DNA from: Octopus bimaculoides
Taxonomy: Eukaryota
Reading direction: 5' to 3'
DNA: 63,298 bases
NCBI RefSeq assembly: GCF_001194135.2
Contig: NC_068997.1
Coordinates: 26,747,598-26,810,895, forward strand
The notes below the pieces were generated by a model. It was given only the letters and a program-made list of their open reading frames with translations. It did not search any database and was not told the DNA's origin. Both the position numbers and the translations under genes were made by a program. Below are positions 1 to 12,044 of this stretch, piece by piece. How positions within the stretch are numbered: the stretch's first letter is position 1; each line of letters opens with the position of its first letter.

Positions 1-1431
1 ATATAACATAATATAATATAACATAATATAATATGTGTATAATCTACAATGTAAAGCTATCTTCAGCCGCAAAATTGTAGATTATACACATATTATATTA
101 TATTATATTATGTTATATTATATTATGTTATATTATATTATACACATGTAGAGCTTGAAACACGTGTACCGCGGAATCCTTTGTAGTTTTGTTGTTATTT
201 TTTTTCTTTTGGATTTACAATTTATATATATATATATATATATAATATAGATATAACAAAACAGGCAACTGGAAATTTTGGGGTATTATTTATTCACCAT
301 TACACATGTTTCATTTGCTAATAAGAATTACAAAGTTTTACATATTAGATATACATGTAAGGAATTTCCTATTAGAAATTCTTCAGACAGAGAAATTCAA
401 TTATACAACTGAGACTACATATTGGATTGTAAGAATGGAATAAGCAAATATGCTTCAAGAGGAAACAGCTGGGATTTACCCTAACTACCTACATGATATA
501 TAATATAGATAGATATTTATTATCATCATCGTTTAGATGTTCACTTTTCCATGCTGGCATGGGTTGGACAGAATTTGTTGGGGCACATTATCTATGGCTG
601 AATGCCCTTCCTGCCGCCAACCTTTTTTCCAAGTAATATTTCTCTATTACCAGGTAGGTTTTTCCAGAAGATTAGGAATGAAAGACACTGCTTGCATGAT
701 GGTGACACTCATTTACAGCTATGACGTGATGTCTGGTGTTTAAAACCCATTTTGCCAGTCATTTGAATAATGATGTAACATAGTTTGTAATGAAACATTC
801 ATTTCACATGAACCATTCACTCTAATATGAAGTAATCACTACAGATTTATATAATTACTCCATCTGATTGTTACCATGGTTTCAAATGTTTGTTCAACTC
901 TGAGAAATCCATTGCATAGAGCTATGATTTGCATTAAATGTCTGGAAGATTCAGTTTCGTATGTTTAATATTCTACAGTTGAAATGTATCTGGCAAACAT
1001 TCAGCAATGAATATATAATATTTTGTGATTTAAATATGTCTGGAATATTTAGTTATCACCGTTGTCGTCGTCATCATCATCATCATCATGATGGAAGCCA
1101 GGCGTTTAATGCTCATCTTGCACTATTTAACAAAACCTAGCAAGTGAGAGGACTGCATAGAGCTCCGGTGTTGGCTTTAGCTTGGTTTCTACAGATGGAT
1201 GACCCTCCTAGCATCAACCACTTTACAAAGTATACTTGGATGCTTTTTTCATGGCACCAGCACTAGTGAGGTCACCAAGTAACTCACAAGACTAGACTTC
1301 TCATTGAGTAGGCATGCAGTATTGAGAGAGGTGACTCTGTGCCAAAAGTATAATAGAAGGACAGAAATAAATGTCTTGCTGTAGAGGAAATGCATGGCTG
1401 CCCCAGCAAGAGTGAGATGGTAAAGTTAAAG

Positions 1432-1475
<44 letters not shown>

Positions 1476-2081
1476 CTAAGGTCCTGGTAGAGTACAAAAG
1501 TAGGGTACGTCAAGAGAGGCACTCAACCTGAGTTCAAGGCTATCAACACTTTGGGATTCCAGACGAATACCAAAATTCTTCAGATGTAAAAAAATTCTGA
1601 TTTCACAATTTTTGTTATAATCATTCTGTCCTTGTGTGTATGTGTGTGAAACAGCATATCTAGGGGTACATTATCTAATTTCAAATCATACAATATTACA
1701 TTGGTGTTGTTCAGATCAAGCTGACAAATGACCAAAGATATTCCAAGCATAATCTTCCTATTCGTGTTGGCTTATCACTTACTCTTGGACATTAATGTCT
1801 CAAGTCCTAGGATTCATAAGGCTGGTTACTTGGTTTCCATGGTGTATAAGTGACCAAGATCATAACATTCCCCACTAAACAAGACACCAGTTTGTTGCAG
1901 GGTTTATTCATTTACAGCTAAGTGGACTTAAGCAATGTGAAATGAAGTGTCTTGGTCAAGAATACAATCCACTGCCCAGTCTGGGAATTGAAACCACAAT
2001 CTTGTAATCCACTAACCACTATGTCACATTCTTCACTTTCCATATTGTCTAATGTGTCCTCTGTTTCCTTTTTATTTTTAA

Positions 2082-2274
2082 CCCTTTGACTTCAAAATTC
2101 CATTCCATGCTTATTCCAGTAATGATGGTAAATATCTGCCAATATATGGAATTGGTATTTTAGTTTCAAACATGATATTCCTCGATAAAAAATAGTTTCA
2201 TACATAAAACTGTTTTCAACTGTTAAGGGTAATTAAATTCTGAGTGTTTATATCTAATTTCCGCAGTAAAAGGG
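2082..2274. mobile_element. Second piggyBac-like MITE family copy
   Basis: TTAA|CCCTTT ... AAAAGGG|TCAA; related copy near 29940-30180. Confidence 0.55.
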
Positions 2275-3369
2275 TCAACCCTTTACCTTTTCAACCATCT
2301 ATATCCATCTTGAATGTTCTACCTGTTTTACATTAAAATTAACCGAATCTGGCCTCTTGCACTTATAACATCATTCTACAAATAAGCAACCACATCATCG
2401 AAATCTCAAATGCTACAAGATAATGCATGATAGATTTAAGCTAATGTGAATAAACAAGCATTACATTTGACAGAGTAATCATCATCATCATTTAACGTTC
2501 GCTTTCCGTGCTAGCATGGGTTGGACGTAATCTGAATGCTTAAAGAGTTAAAGGTGGTATGATTTTGAGGGAGACTAGGCTGCACTTTCCAGCAGGTCAG
2601 TCCAACAGACTGATGATGCAAGCACAGCCCAGTTGTGTGTAGTGTTACTAATATTTGACCTTGTGACCTGACCTCCTATGTCAGCAGCAGTGTGGTACCC
2701 TACCCTACTAGTAGTCTTCAGGCCGTACACACATACGGAAATAATTGCAACTATGAATTATTTATTTATTATTGAATTTATCCTTTTCCCTGTTTTTGTT
2801 GCTAGGTTTGTTTTGCTGCTGTTTTTTTTTTAATAATTTTTTTTTTTGTTGCTTTTCTTCTTCCTTCCATAATAAATCTGAAAAAGAAAAGGAATGATAC
2901 AAAACACACACACATATTTGCATCACTGTGCATGCACATGTATACACACACAAATGCATACTGCCCTGTCTACTTCATAAAAACAAAAATAAATAAATGA
3001 ATAAAGACACAAATTTCCATCTGTAGAATATTTATGTTTATTATTGTTCAAGAACTGAAAATACAAAAGAATTGGTTAGAAGGAAGAGGAGAGCAAAACA
3101 GCTAAAAAAAAACTATTAATAAATAAAAAAAAAAACAAATAGATGCAAACAAACAAAACCAAAGTTTGTTGTCATTGAGTGAAGAGAATTCCCTTGGAAT
3201 ATTGACTGCTGTGTTAGAATTAGTGCAGAGTAGAATATTGATTCTGATTCTGTGGCTGAAGACAACTTGAGCAACTTTAATAACATTGTGGCTCTTTAAG
3301 AAGATGCCTGATGTGGAGAAGAGAGTGTGTGGGGTGGGGGAGAGGACGAGATTTGTGAGAGTTCCTCAC

Positions 3370-3690
3370 TTAATAGCCTTGTAATAATTGCATCGTTACC
3401 ATCATCATCAGTCATCACTCATCATCATCATCTATCATCACCCATTTGTCACCATCATCATCTACCTTCACCCATAGTCATGATCATCTATCATCATTAC
3501 TCACCATCACTCATCATCCATCATCACTTATTACCAAAATCATCATCATCCATTATTACCCATTGTCACCATCATCACTCATCATCCATCATCACCAAAA
3601 TCATTGTCATCATCCATCGTCATCTATCATCACCATCATCACCCGTTATCTTCATATTATCATCACAATCATCATCACCATTGTCATAAT
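3370..3690. repeat. Degenerate (CAT)n low-complexity tract
   Basis: CATCATCAT/CACCAT runs; source of the His/Ser/Ile-rich spurious ORFs. Confidence 0.9.
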
Positions 3691-3928
3691 TCTTACATTC
3701 ACTTCTCCCTATTTAAGTTGATTGCCTAGGTCCTTTCCCAAAATATCTCACCACTTGTTGTGCCCCGCCACCTGTCCTTCCTTTGTGAGGTTCAACATCT
3801 TGAGATCAGTTATAACCATCTCTACTTCATATCTTAGATCTTTCCATTCACTTTGAGTGCACTGTCATTGCCCTTCACTCATTTCATGCTTGTATCAATG
3901 TGGTCATCTCTAAACGATACAAAGAAAA

Positions 3929-3976
<48 letters not shown>

Positions 3977-3979
<3 letters not shown>

Positions 3980-4290
3980 TCATCATCATCATCGTTTAAC
4001 GTCCGCTTTCCATGCTAGCATGGGTTGGACGATCTGACTGAGGACTGGTGAAACCGGATGGCAACACCAGGCTCCAATCTAAATCTGGCAGAGTTTCTAC
4101 AGCTGGATGCCTTTCCTAACGCCAACCACTCAGAGAGTGTAGTAGGTGCTTTTACGTGTCACCCGCACGAAGGCCAGTCAGGCGATACTGGCAACGGCCA
4201 CCCTCGAAATGGTGTCTTTTATGTGCCACCCGCACAAGAGCCAGTCCAGGGGCACTGGCAACGATCTTGCTCGAAAATCCTACGAAGGCC
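3977..4290 (-). mobile_element. SINE family A / RTE-tail-type repeat ending in (GAT)n (long copy)
   Basis: Reverse complement of ...CATCCAGCTGTAGAAAC...CATGCTAGCATGGAAAGCGGACGTTAAACGATGATGATG; more than 20 copies in the window. Confidence 0.85.
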
Positions 4291-4671
4291 GGTTCAAATA
4301 TACAAAAGACAGAGACAGCTGAGAAAACAAGCCAGATGTTTTAGTTTGACACTTGGGAAAAACGGAAAAGTTTTTGACATTTCGAGCCTATGCTCTTAAG
4401 ACCTGGTTTTAGTTTCTCTTCACTTCTCAAGACAGGAGATATGATTTGAGGGGAAATTTAACTGCTATTTGAAGCAAGTCTGTTGACCTCTTAGAGGTTG
4501 ACCTCTTAGAGGTTATCTCTTTGGCTTTGTCTTGTCCTTTGACCTGCATATGTTAAAATTAAACATCAACCACATTAATCTTACTAGTGTGAGAAGGCTT
4601 GGCTTCGGTTGTGGCTTCTGTTCTGAAATCGTTAACTAATTAATTACTTCACTCTTGCTTCCCTTTAATTA

Positions 4672-4920
4672 TTCAGTTGGTGCATAATTATTGCAGCTTT
4701 TTTTCAACAAATTTTATTCAATAAAGACAATAACAGCATGTAGCAAAAACATCTTTAAATGATTATTCAGGAGCATATTCACCATCTACTTTAACTACTG
4801 CTTTCCATTTGCTTGGCAGACAGTCGGACCGTCATTTAAGATGGTTTTGTTAAATATTGATATTGTTTTTGTTGAATAAAATTTGTCGAAAAACGCCGCA
4901 ATAATTATGCACCAACCCAA
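4672..4920 (-). mobile_element. Internally deleted mariner element (MITE-like)
   Basis: About 53-bp TIRs (TT(C/G)(A/G)GTTGGTGCATAATTATTGC...), TA on both flanks, and a minus-strand transposase C-terminus DCLPSKWKAVVKVDGEYAPE* at 4763-4825. Confidence 0.85.
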
Positions 4921-5013
4921 TAATTACTCTTCCTTCTCTCATTATTACAAACATAAACACAGGAAGTAATCCAAAGACGAATAATAGTCTCCTGTTTCAC
5001 TTGTTTTCATCAG

Positions 5014-5227
5014 GTTCCAAGCTTCTCCTTGGTGGTGAAACCATTCAGATCTGGCAGTTATCATCCCCTATGCCCGATGATGAATTCACCTCAGGAGTCC
5101 AGTTCTCTCTTGGAGATACAGTTGGTGTTGACGAAGAAAATTCACTACACGTGCCAGGTGCTCCTCCTGTTTCCAAAGCTGCTTCAGAAGTGGAACAGCC
5201 AGAATGGATCTGTGTGTGGCAGTGCAA
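5014..5227 (+). CDS. DMXL2: DMXL exon (phase 1-2), N-terminal WD40 region
   Basis: ttttcatcag / AA-gtaagt; GSKLLLGGETIQIWQL...EWICVWQCK. Confidence 0.9.
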
Positions 5228-5399
5228 GTAAGTCTGTTGTTCATTGTTTTCAACATATAACAAGCCACACATGTCCCCACCTATATTCATACACACACAC
5301 ACACACACAACTTTATTTACATATACACGTAGTTCTATATACAACACATTCATATCTCTGTTCCATATACAGCACATACATATATCTCTACCTATTCAT

Positions 5400-5452
<53 letters not shown>

Positions 5453-6523
5453 NNNNNNNNNNNNNNNNNNNNNNNNNNNNNNNNNNNNNNNNNNNNNNNN
5501 NNNNNNNNNNNNNNNNNNNNNNNNNNNNNNNNNNNNNNNNNNNNNNNNNNNNNNNNNNNNNNNNNNNNNNNNNNNNNNNNNNNNNNNNNNNNNNNNNNNN
5601 NNNNNNNNNNNNNNNNNNNNNNNNNNNNNNNNNNNNNNNNNNNNNNNNNNNNNNNNNNNNNNNNNNNNNNNNNNNNNNNNNNNNNNNNNNNNNNNNNNNN
5701 NNNNNNNNNNNNNNNNNNNNNNNNNNNNNNNNNNNNNNNNNNNNNNNNNNNNNNNNNNNNNNNNNNNNNNNNNNNNNNNNNNNNNNNNNNNNNNNNNNNN
5801 NNNNNNNNNNNNNNNNNNNNNNNNNNNNNNNNNNNNNNNNNNNNNNNNNNNNNNNNNNNNNNNNNNNNNNNNNNNNNNNNNNNNNNNNNNNNNNNNNNNN
5901 NNNNNNNNNNNNNNNNNNNNNNNNNNNNNNNNNNNNNNNNNNNNNNNNNNNNNNNNNNNNNNNNNNNNNNNNNNNNNNNNNNNNNNNNNNNNNNNNNNNN
6001 NNNNNNNNNNNNNNNNNNNNNNNNNNNNNNNNCCCACCACACACACACATTTAGGGAATAGAGCAGGTAAAATCCAAGCTACCTATGTTTCCTAGCTAGC
6101 AGAACCATGGCAGTAATAATTACTCTATGAGGAGTACTCCACCAGCTACTAATCAGACCAAAGATTCCTTAGTTGGATGAAGGTTACATTGTCATCAAGG
6201 TATACCAAGTTAACTCGCAGGAGATTTGATTGAAAAAGAGTGGAAAACATGGATTCTTATTTGCATACATAACAACCCCAGTTGATAACTACAAACTATA
6301 CAATAACTTTTTTTTTATCAAACTTTGATATGAGAAAAATTTATAGCTTTGTATGCCAATAAATCATTATTGTTCTTGAAAGTTGTCTTTTATACCTTCT
6401 ACAGACTGCTCAAAGGTTACTAACTTCCTACACCTGGATCCTTAGATCTTACCTTTACATATCATTATATATATATATATATATATATAGTAATTGCTGG
6501 TTATATTCTGTATTCATTTTCAG

Positions 6524-6563
6524 AATGATAGAGTTGTGAAAATTTGGTATGAAGATCGAAAAG
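6524..6563 (+). CDS. DMXL2: DMXL exon (phase 0-1)
   Basis: cattttcag / G-gtaatt; NDRVVKIWYEDRK, matching the DDCLLKVWY-type WD40 strand. Confidence 0.85.
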
Positions 6564-7010
6564 GTAATTCTTTTGTTTTTCTATGAATGCTGTCTTCTTT
6601 TATATTATCCTTTTTTTTTTTTTATAACCATTTCCTTTCCCTACAATCAAGGTACCATAACTGTCAGGTGGGATTACTAGATTATTAAAGCAGATAATCT
6701 TGCTTCTTCTTTTTTTTACCAATTTCAAGTCATTAGACTTAATTAAACTGTGCTGCCTCAGCTCTTTTAATTAGTTATATTGACCCTTTGACCTCAATAC
6801 TTTGTCTGGTAACTTATTTCATCTTCCTGTGAGGAAATAATGGTGAATAACATTAGTGTCTCCAATCATAAAATTTTGAAGGAAATAGTAGTCATTTCCT
6901 TTGATTTCTAGATAGAAACAAATAGGAAATATCATTTACAGGCCAATGACAAAAAGAAAAGAAAATTTTTGTTACTACTACTAATACTACTACTGTTTGT
7001 TTGTTTCTAG

Positions 7011-7146
7011 TGTTGCTGCCTCTCTCACGACAAGAAGGCCATCCAAGCCCTCGCAAAGAAGAATTACATTACTCTTTTGTGTACATATGCCATCCACGAG
7101 CTGTGACAGGTTTTTCATGGAGAAAGACAAGTAGATATATGCCCAG
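7011..7146 (+). CDS. DMXL2: DMXL exon (phase 1-2)
   Basis: tgtttctag / AG-gtaaaa; ...YSFVYICHPRAVTGFSWRKTSRYMPR. Confidence 0.95.
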
Positions 7147-8140
7147 GTAAAAAAAAAAAATAAATAAATATTGNNNNNNNNNNNNNNNNNNNNNNNNNNN
7201 NNNNNNNNNNNNNNNNNNNNNNNNNNNNNNNNNNNNNNNNNNNNNNNNNNNNNNNNNNNNNNNNNNNNNNNNNNNNNNNNNNNNNNNNNNNNNNNNNNNN
7301 NNNNNNNNNNNNNNNNNNNNNNNNNNNNNNNNNNNNNNNNNNNNNNNNNNNNNNNNNNNNNNNNNNNNNNNNNNNNNNNNNNNNNNNNNNNNNNNNNNNN
7401 NNNNNNNNNNNNNNNNNTGCAGCCATCATTTGTTAGTGTTCCCCTACTCCTGGCAGATGACCCCTTTGCACCACTCAGGTGACAACCCTCCAACCCATGG
7501 GTCTGTTTGGGTTGTTGCTTTTGGTGAGGGTTTTTCAAAGGTCAGAGTGCAACTCTTCCCTCAACCTCTTTAAGTCACTTTTTATGACACAGGGAAAACG
7601 TTGGGTTTATTCTTTCACAAGCCAGCCCCCACACCCCACTGGCTAGCCTAAAATACAGGACTTCAAATTATAAAAACACAAGATCCCCATCTTAAAAATT
7701 TGTTACAAACTGAATTATCAAATTTGTAGAATGTCTAATATTTTATAAATTAGTTCACAGAAAAATTAATTTTAAAAAAATTTTGATACCCATTATCATT
7801 ATCATCATCATTTAATGTTTGTCCTCCATGCTGGCATAGGTTAGACTTTTTGACAGAACCTGTGAAGGGACTGTATCAAGTTCTAATATCTTCTTTGGCA
7901 TGGTCTCCACAGCTAGATACCCTTCCTGATGCTAACTACTTTTATTTAATATTTTGTCATAAATAATTATTATTAAAGATTTTTAAAAAATAATTTGTCT
8001 AATTATTATGAAAAGTATTAAAGAAAATGTTTAAAAAAACTTAAGTATATTGAAAAATTTTAAATAAAGTACATATAAAATTTTTATTTTTGTATTATAT
8101 TCTAAAAAAATGTGTATTTGTGTATGTATGGATGTGTGTA

Positions 8141-8202
<62 letters not shown>

Positions 8203-8363
8203 TACACATACATATATACAGAATTATATTTGTATTGTTGAAAATATTTTAAAATAGTTGTATATCTCTTAAGTATCTAGAAGAATTTCAAATAAAATTT
8301 GTATAAAATAAAAAATTTTTTGTAATTATTTTCTAAAAAAAATATGTTCATATATTTTTGTAG

Positions 8364-8549
8364 AGGGGCAGTTGCTAACATGTTAGTGACTTCTTGTAAA
8401 GATAATGTTTGCCGGATTTGGTGTGAAACCATTCTGCCAGACGATGGCCTGGTTGATCTAGACCAGTTTGATCCTGTGGCCACACAAGACCCAAGATATC
8501 ATACTCGCAGACACAAGAAACGCTTCATGCAGAGATTAAAGACAATCCG
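8364..8549 (+). CDS. DMXL2: DMXL exon (phase 2-2)
   Basis: tttttgtag / CG-gtaagt; GAVANMLVTSCKDNVCRIWCETILP... Confidence 0.95.
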
Positions 8550-9260
8550 GTAAGTAGTTAATTCCCAGTTCTATCTTCCTAAGAGTTCTTTCATAGCAAT
8601 AATAATAATAATAATCCATTCTACTATAGGCACTTTGGGGGAAGTACGACTTGATTACATTGACCCCAATGTTTCACTGGTACTTAATTTATCAACCTTG
8701 AAAGGATGAAAGGCAGTCAACCTTGGTGGAATTTGAACTCAGTATGTAAAGTCAAACGAAATACCATTAAGCATTTTGCCTGGCGTGCTAACAATTCTGC
8801 CATGATACTGCCTTAATAATAATAATAATAATAATAATAATGATGATGAAGATGATAATATTGTTTCTTAAATTTGAACAAGGGGCTTAGTCAGTTTCCA
8901 TCGACCCAGTAATTTATTTAGCTGAATGTGATAAGGAAGTCATTTCACCAGGAGCATATTTTGGAAGTTTATCATCACCACCATTGTTTTAACACCCATT
9001 TTTTCCTTGCTTGGATGGGTTGGACAGAGTTTATTGAGGTGAATTTTCTACAGCCAAATGCCCTTCCTGAGGTCGTCTTTGCCTTTCATCTTTTCGGGGG
9101 TTGATAAATGAAGTACCAGTTTCGTACTGGGGTTGATCTAATCGACTGGCCCCCGCCCTCAAAATTTCAGGCCTTGTGCCTATAGAATAAAGGATTATTA
9201 TTATTACTACTACTACTACTACTACTTTTATTATTGTTATTATTATGTTACCATTATTAG

Positions 9261-9436
9261 ACATGCCATCAACAAGAGGAAGAAGCAACAGAAATATGGA
9301 CCAGAAACAGTGATGACCTCAACACAACTGATTGGTACTCAGAGTGTTCATGACTTCCACAAGTTTGGTATCCACCACAATGGAATTGCTCCGGCATTTC
9401 ATTTCCACTTGGCTGGAAGTGTCAATCCAAAAACTG
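9261..9436 (+). CDS. DMXL2: DMXL exon (phase 2-1)
   Basis: cattattag / G-gtaaga; HAINKRKK...FHFHLAGSVNPKT. Confidence 0.92.
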
Positions 9437-9471
9437 GTAAGAAAGATAAGAAAATTCTTTGTTTCCTCTTT

Positions 9472-9502
<31 letters not shown>

Positions 9503-10133
9503 GGTTAGCTGAAATATGTTTGTGACATACTTGAACTTCTAAAGGCAGATTTACTGCAGTGACTATAGAGGAAAAATTCTCCCTTATGGTAAAAGGTGTA
9601 GAAACACCATATCTGCCCAGTGCTTCACTTTAGTGGATTCTCTGATGTGCATTCCTGGTTCTTTAGCCTTCCTCAATGGGAAATACCAAAGAGAGATAAA
9701 CCTGGGTGGATTCAAAGTTGTAGCTTTAACTGAAAAACAGTCAACTTCAGTGACTGAGTTGTGCTTGTGGATCCCCTGGCCAGAATAAAAATAGCAACAT
9801 CTGCACCAAGCATTAATTAGGAATATATGAACTTTAAGTTAGTCAAAAGTGTTTGTGACTTTCTTTTCCTTCTTTTTTATGCTAATGTTTCTTCTTGAAT
9901 CTGTGAATTGTTTAATCCTTTGGCATCATTCCAAAAATGATACCAAAGGACTATATATCATCATCATCGTCCATGTTCCCCTGCTAGTATGGGTTGGACA
10001 GTTTGGTGGATGTTTAGAGGAGACTTGGTGAGGTTCTCATTTGTACATATACATACACATATTTTCTAGATTTTTCTTTGAACCTTTTCTAAAGTTTCTC
10101 TGATAATTAATTCTCCCTCTCTCTCTCTCACAG

Positions 10134-10403
10134 ATATTCCCCTGTTACCAACTACGGGGAACTCAAACGATCAGTTGTTCCACTTTCAACTGAACTGGTT
10201 GAACAACAAAGAACTGCAGTTCACAACAGAGGCAGAGAAGATTCTCCAAGAAATGCACAAACACACAAGCCTCAATGATGGTGGCATGGAACTGAATTCC
10301 TGGATCAGCGACACAGCAGGTTCACAACAACGGAATGGTGCAACTGAGGAACATAACGACACAGACCCTGATACTGGATCTCAGCCTGATGAAACGTCTG
10401 CTG
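10134..10403 (+). CDS. DMXL2: DMXL exon (phase 1-1)
   Basis: ctctcacag / G-gtaatt; DIPLLPT...NWLNNKELQF... Confidence 0.93.
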
Positions 10404-11216
10404 GTAATTTAAAGACATTTACGATATTATAGTGTGACTGTTTGACATAAAATACTTAACTTTACCATAAATCATCCCCCATTCTTTATACTATGAAACT
10501 CACTTGGACATCTGTCTCTGTTGTACGCCCCATTTTGATTTTTTTCTTTCCCTCATCATCATCATTAGCATCTTTTAATATCCGTTTTCCAGGCTGGCAT
10601 TGGTTGGACAGTATGACCAGAGCTGCACTAGGCTCCAGTCTGATTCGGCATGATCTCTACAGCCGGATGCCCTCCCTAACATCAACCATTTTTCTGTGTA
10701 TGCTGGGTGCTTTGAACGTAGCACCAGCACAGGGTGCTTGCAGGCCAATCCTCTTCATTTTTTCTCTCCCTTTTGTCTTATTTTGCTCACTGGACTGCAA
10801 CCATTGCCGAGGCACCATCTTGACAGGTTCAGTCACTCAAACTGATGCCAGTACTCGTTTTTTTTTCTTTTTTAAGTGTGGTACTTATTCTATCAGTTTC
10901 GTTTTACTGAGCTGCTAAGTTATGGAAACATAAACAAACCAACACTGGTTGTCAAGTGGAAGAGAGACAAATTCACACACACACTTGACAGGCTTTTTAC
11001 ACAGCCTTTGTCTATCAAATTAACTCACAAGGCATTGGTTGGCCAGGGGATGTCATAGAAGATACTTGCCTGAGTTGTTGTGCAGTGGGACTGAACCCGA
11101 AACCACATGGTTGCAAAATGAACTGCTTAACCACACAGTCATATATATAGATATATGTATATAGTTCAACATAAAATTGGTCAATTGACTTCACAGCTGC
11201 TTGCTTAACTAGGCCC

Positions 11217-11272
<56 letters not shown>

Positions 11273-11311
11273 CCAGATGCAAAGACATTAATCTGATTGT
11301 TATATATACAG

Positions 11312-11457
11312 GTACAAACCCAAGGAAGAAGAAAGCTACTAAACTATTCCGTCGTAAACACAAACAGGCCAGCAGAAGTGTTGACAGCGGTTCTGATACT
11401 TTGAGCAACTTTAGCTCTGATTATCTGGATTCTAATGATGCCGCTGTTAATGAATAT
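11312..11457 (+). CDS. DMXL2: DMXL exon (phase 1-0), divergent basic/Ser-rich linker
   Basis: atatacag / TAT-gtgagt; GTNPRKKKATKLFRRKHK...NEY; needed to join the phase-1 and phase-0 neighbours. Confidence 0.8.
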
Positions 11458-11700
11458 GTGAGTCAACAAACTTCCTTAATCACTCCATTTGTCTTAGCCT
11501 TGTATAACCACTTGCATTATCCTTGCATAACCATTCATGTTGCCCTTTTGTAACCATTCATGTTACCCCTGTATAACCATTTATGCTAAACCAGTATAAC
11601 CTTGTATAACCAGTTGTGTTAACCTTGTATATTTACTTATGCCAGTCCTGCTTAACCATTCATGTTAACCCTATAAAACAACTGATGTTCACCCTGTATA

Positions 11701-11863
11701 ACTACTTATGTTAGCCCAATGTAACTACTTATGTTAGCCCAATGTAACTACTTATGTTAGCCCTGTATAACTACTCATGTTAGCCCTGTATAAACTACTC
11801 ATGTTAGCCCTGTATAAACTACTCATGCTGGCCCTGCATAACTACCCATGTTAGCTCTGTATA
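11701..11863. repeat. Minisatellite, 23-24-bp unit x7, with decayed copies back to about 11498
   Basis: Unit ACTACT(T/C)ATGTTAGCCC(AATGTA/TGTATA). Confidence 0.9.
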
Positions 11864-11931
11864 ATACTTTTTGTCATCTCATGTTGTTTATTTCCATTCA
11901 TTGATACAAAAACCTTCTTCTTCATCTGCAG

Positions 11932-12044
11932 GGAGCCCTGACTGACATTGTTGATCGTAAAATCGAGAATTTACTGCGAGACTGGCATCAAAGTCCTGAC
12001 ATGTTGTTTAGTGTCCATCCACAAGATGGAAGCTTTCTTGTTTG
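11932..12044 (+). CDS. DMXL2: DMXL exon (phase 0-2)
   Basis: catctgcag / TG-gtcagt; DRKIENLLRDWHQSPDMLFSVHPQDGSFLVW. Confidence 0.95.

Noticed and set aside
3170-3330. Unique-looking segment open in one minus-strand frame as an upstream or antisense exon
   Set aside because: No recognisable motif, no DMXL similarity, and no convincing donor.
3327-3721. His/Ser/Ile-rich ORFs, and the many CVCV/YIYI/THTH ORFs elsewhere
   Set aside because: Translations of (CAT)n, (TG)n and (TA)n microsatellites, with no splice or homology support.
4058-4399. 113-aa ORF MATPGSNLNLAEFLQLDAFPNANH...
   Set aside because: Antisense reading of a SINE family A copy; the same peptide recurs at 22152 and 42312-42524.
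5244-6095. Long ORFs spanning N runs (also 6990-7538, 22100-23298, 37018-37690, 42312-42592, 44705-45079)
   Set aside because: They are open only because N codons translate as X; gap artefacts.
6405-6415. Acceptor followed by ACTGCTCAAAG (RLLKV-like) as the missing exon
   Set aside because: It gives phase 2 to 1, not the required 2 to 0, the donor is poor, and the equivalent motif is already encoded by 6524-6563.
11701-11863. Regular 23-24-bp repeats as a CRISPR-like array
   Set aside because: Units are contiguous with no unique spacers, there are no cas genes, and the context is a eukaryotic intron.
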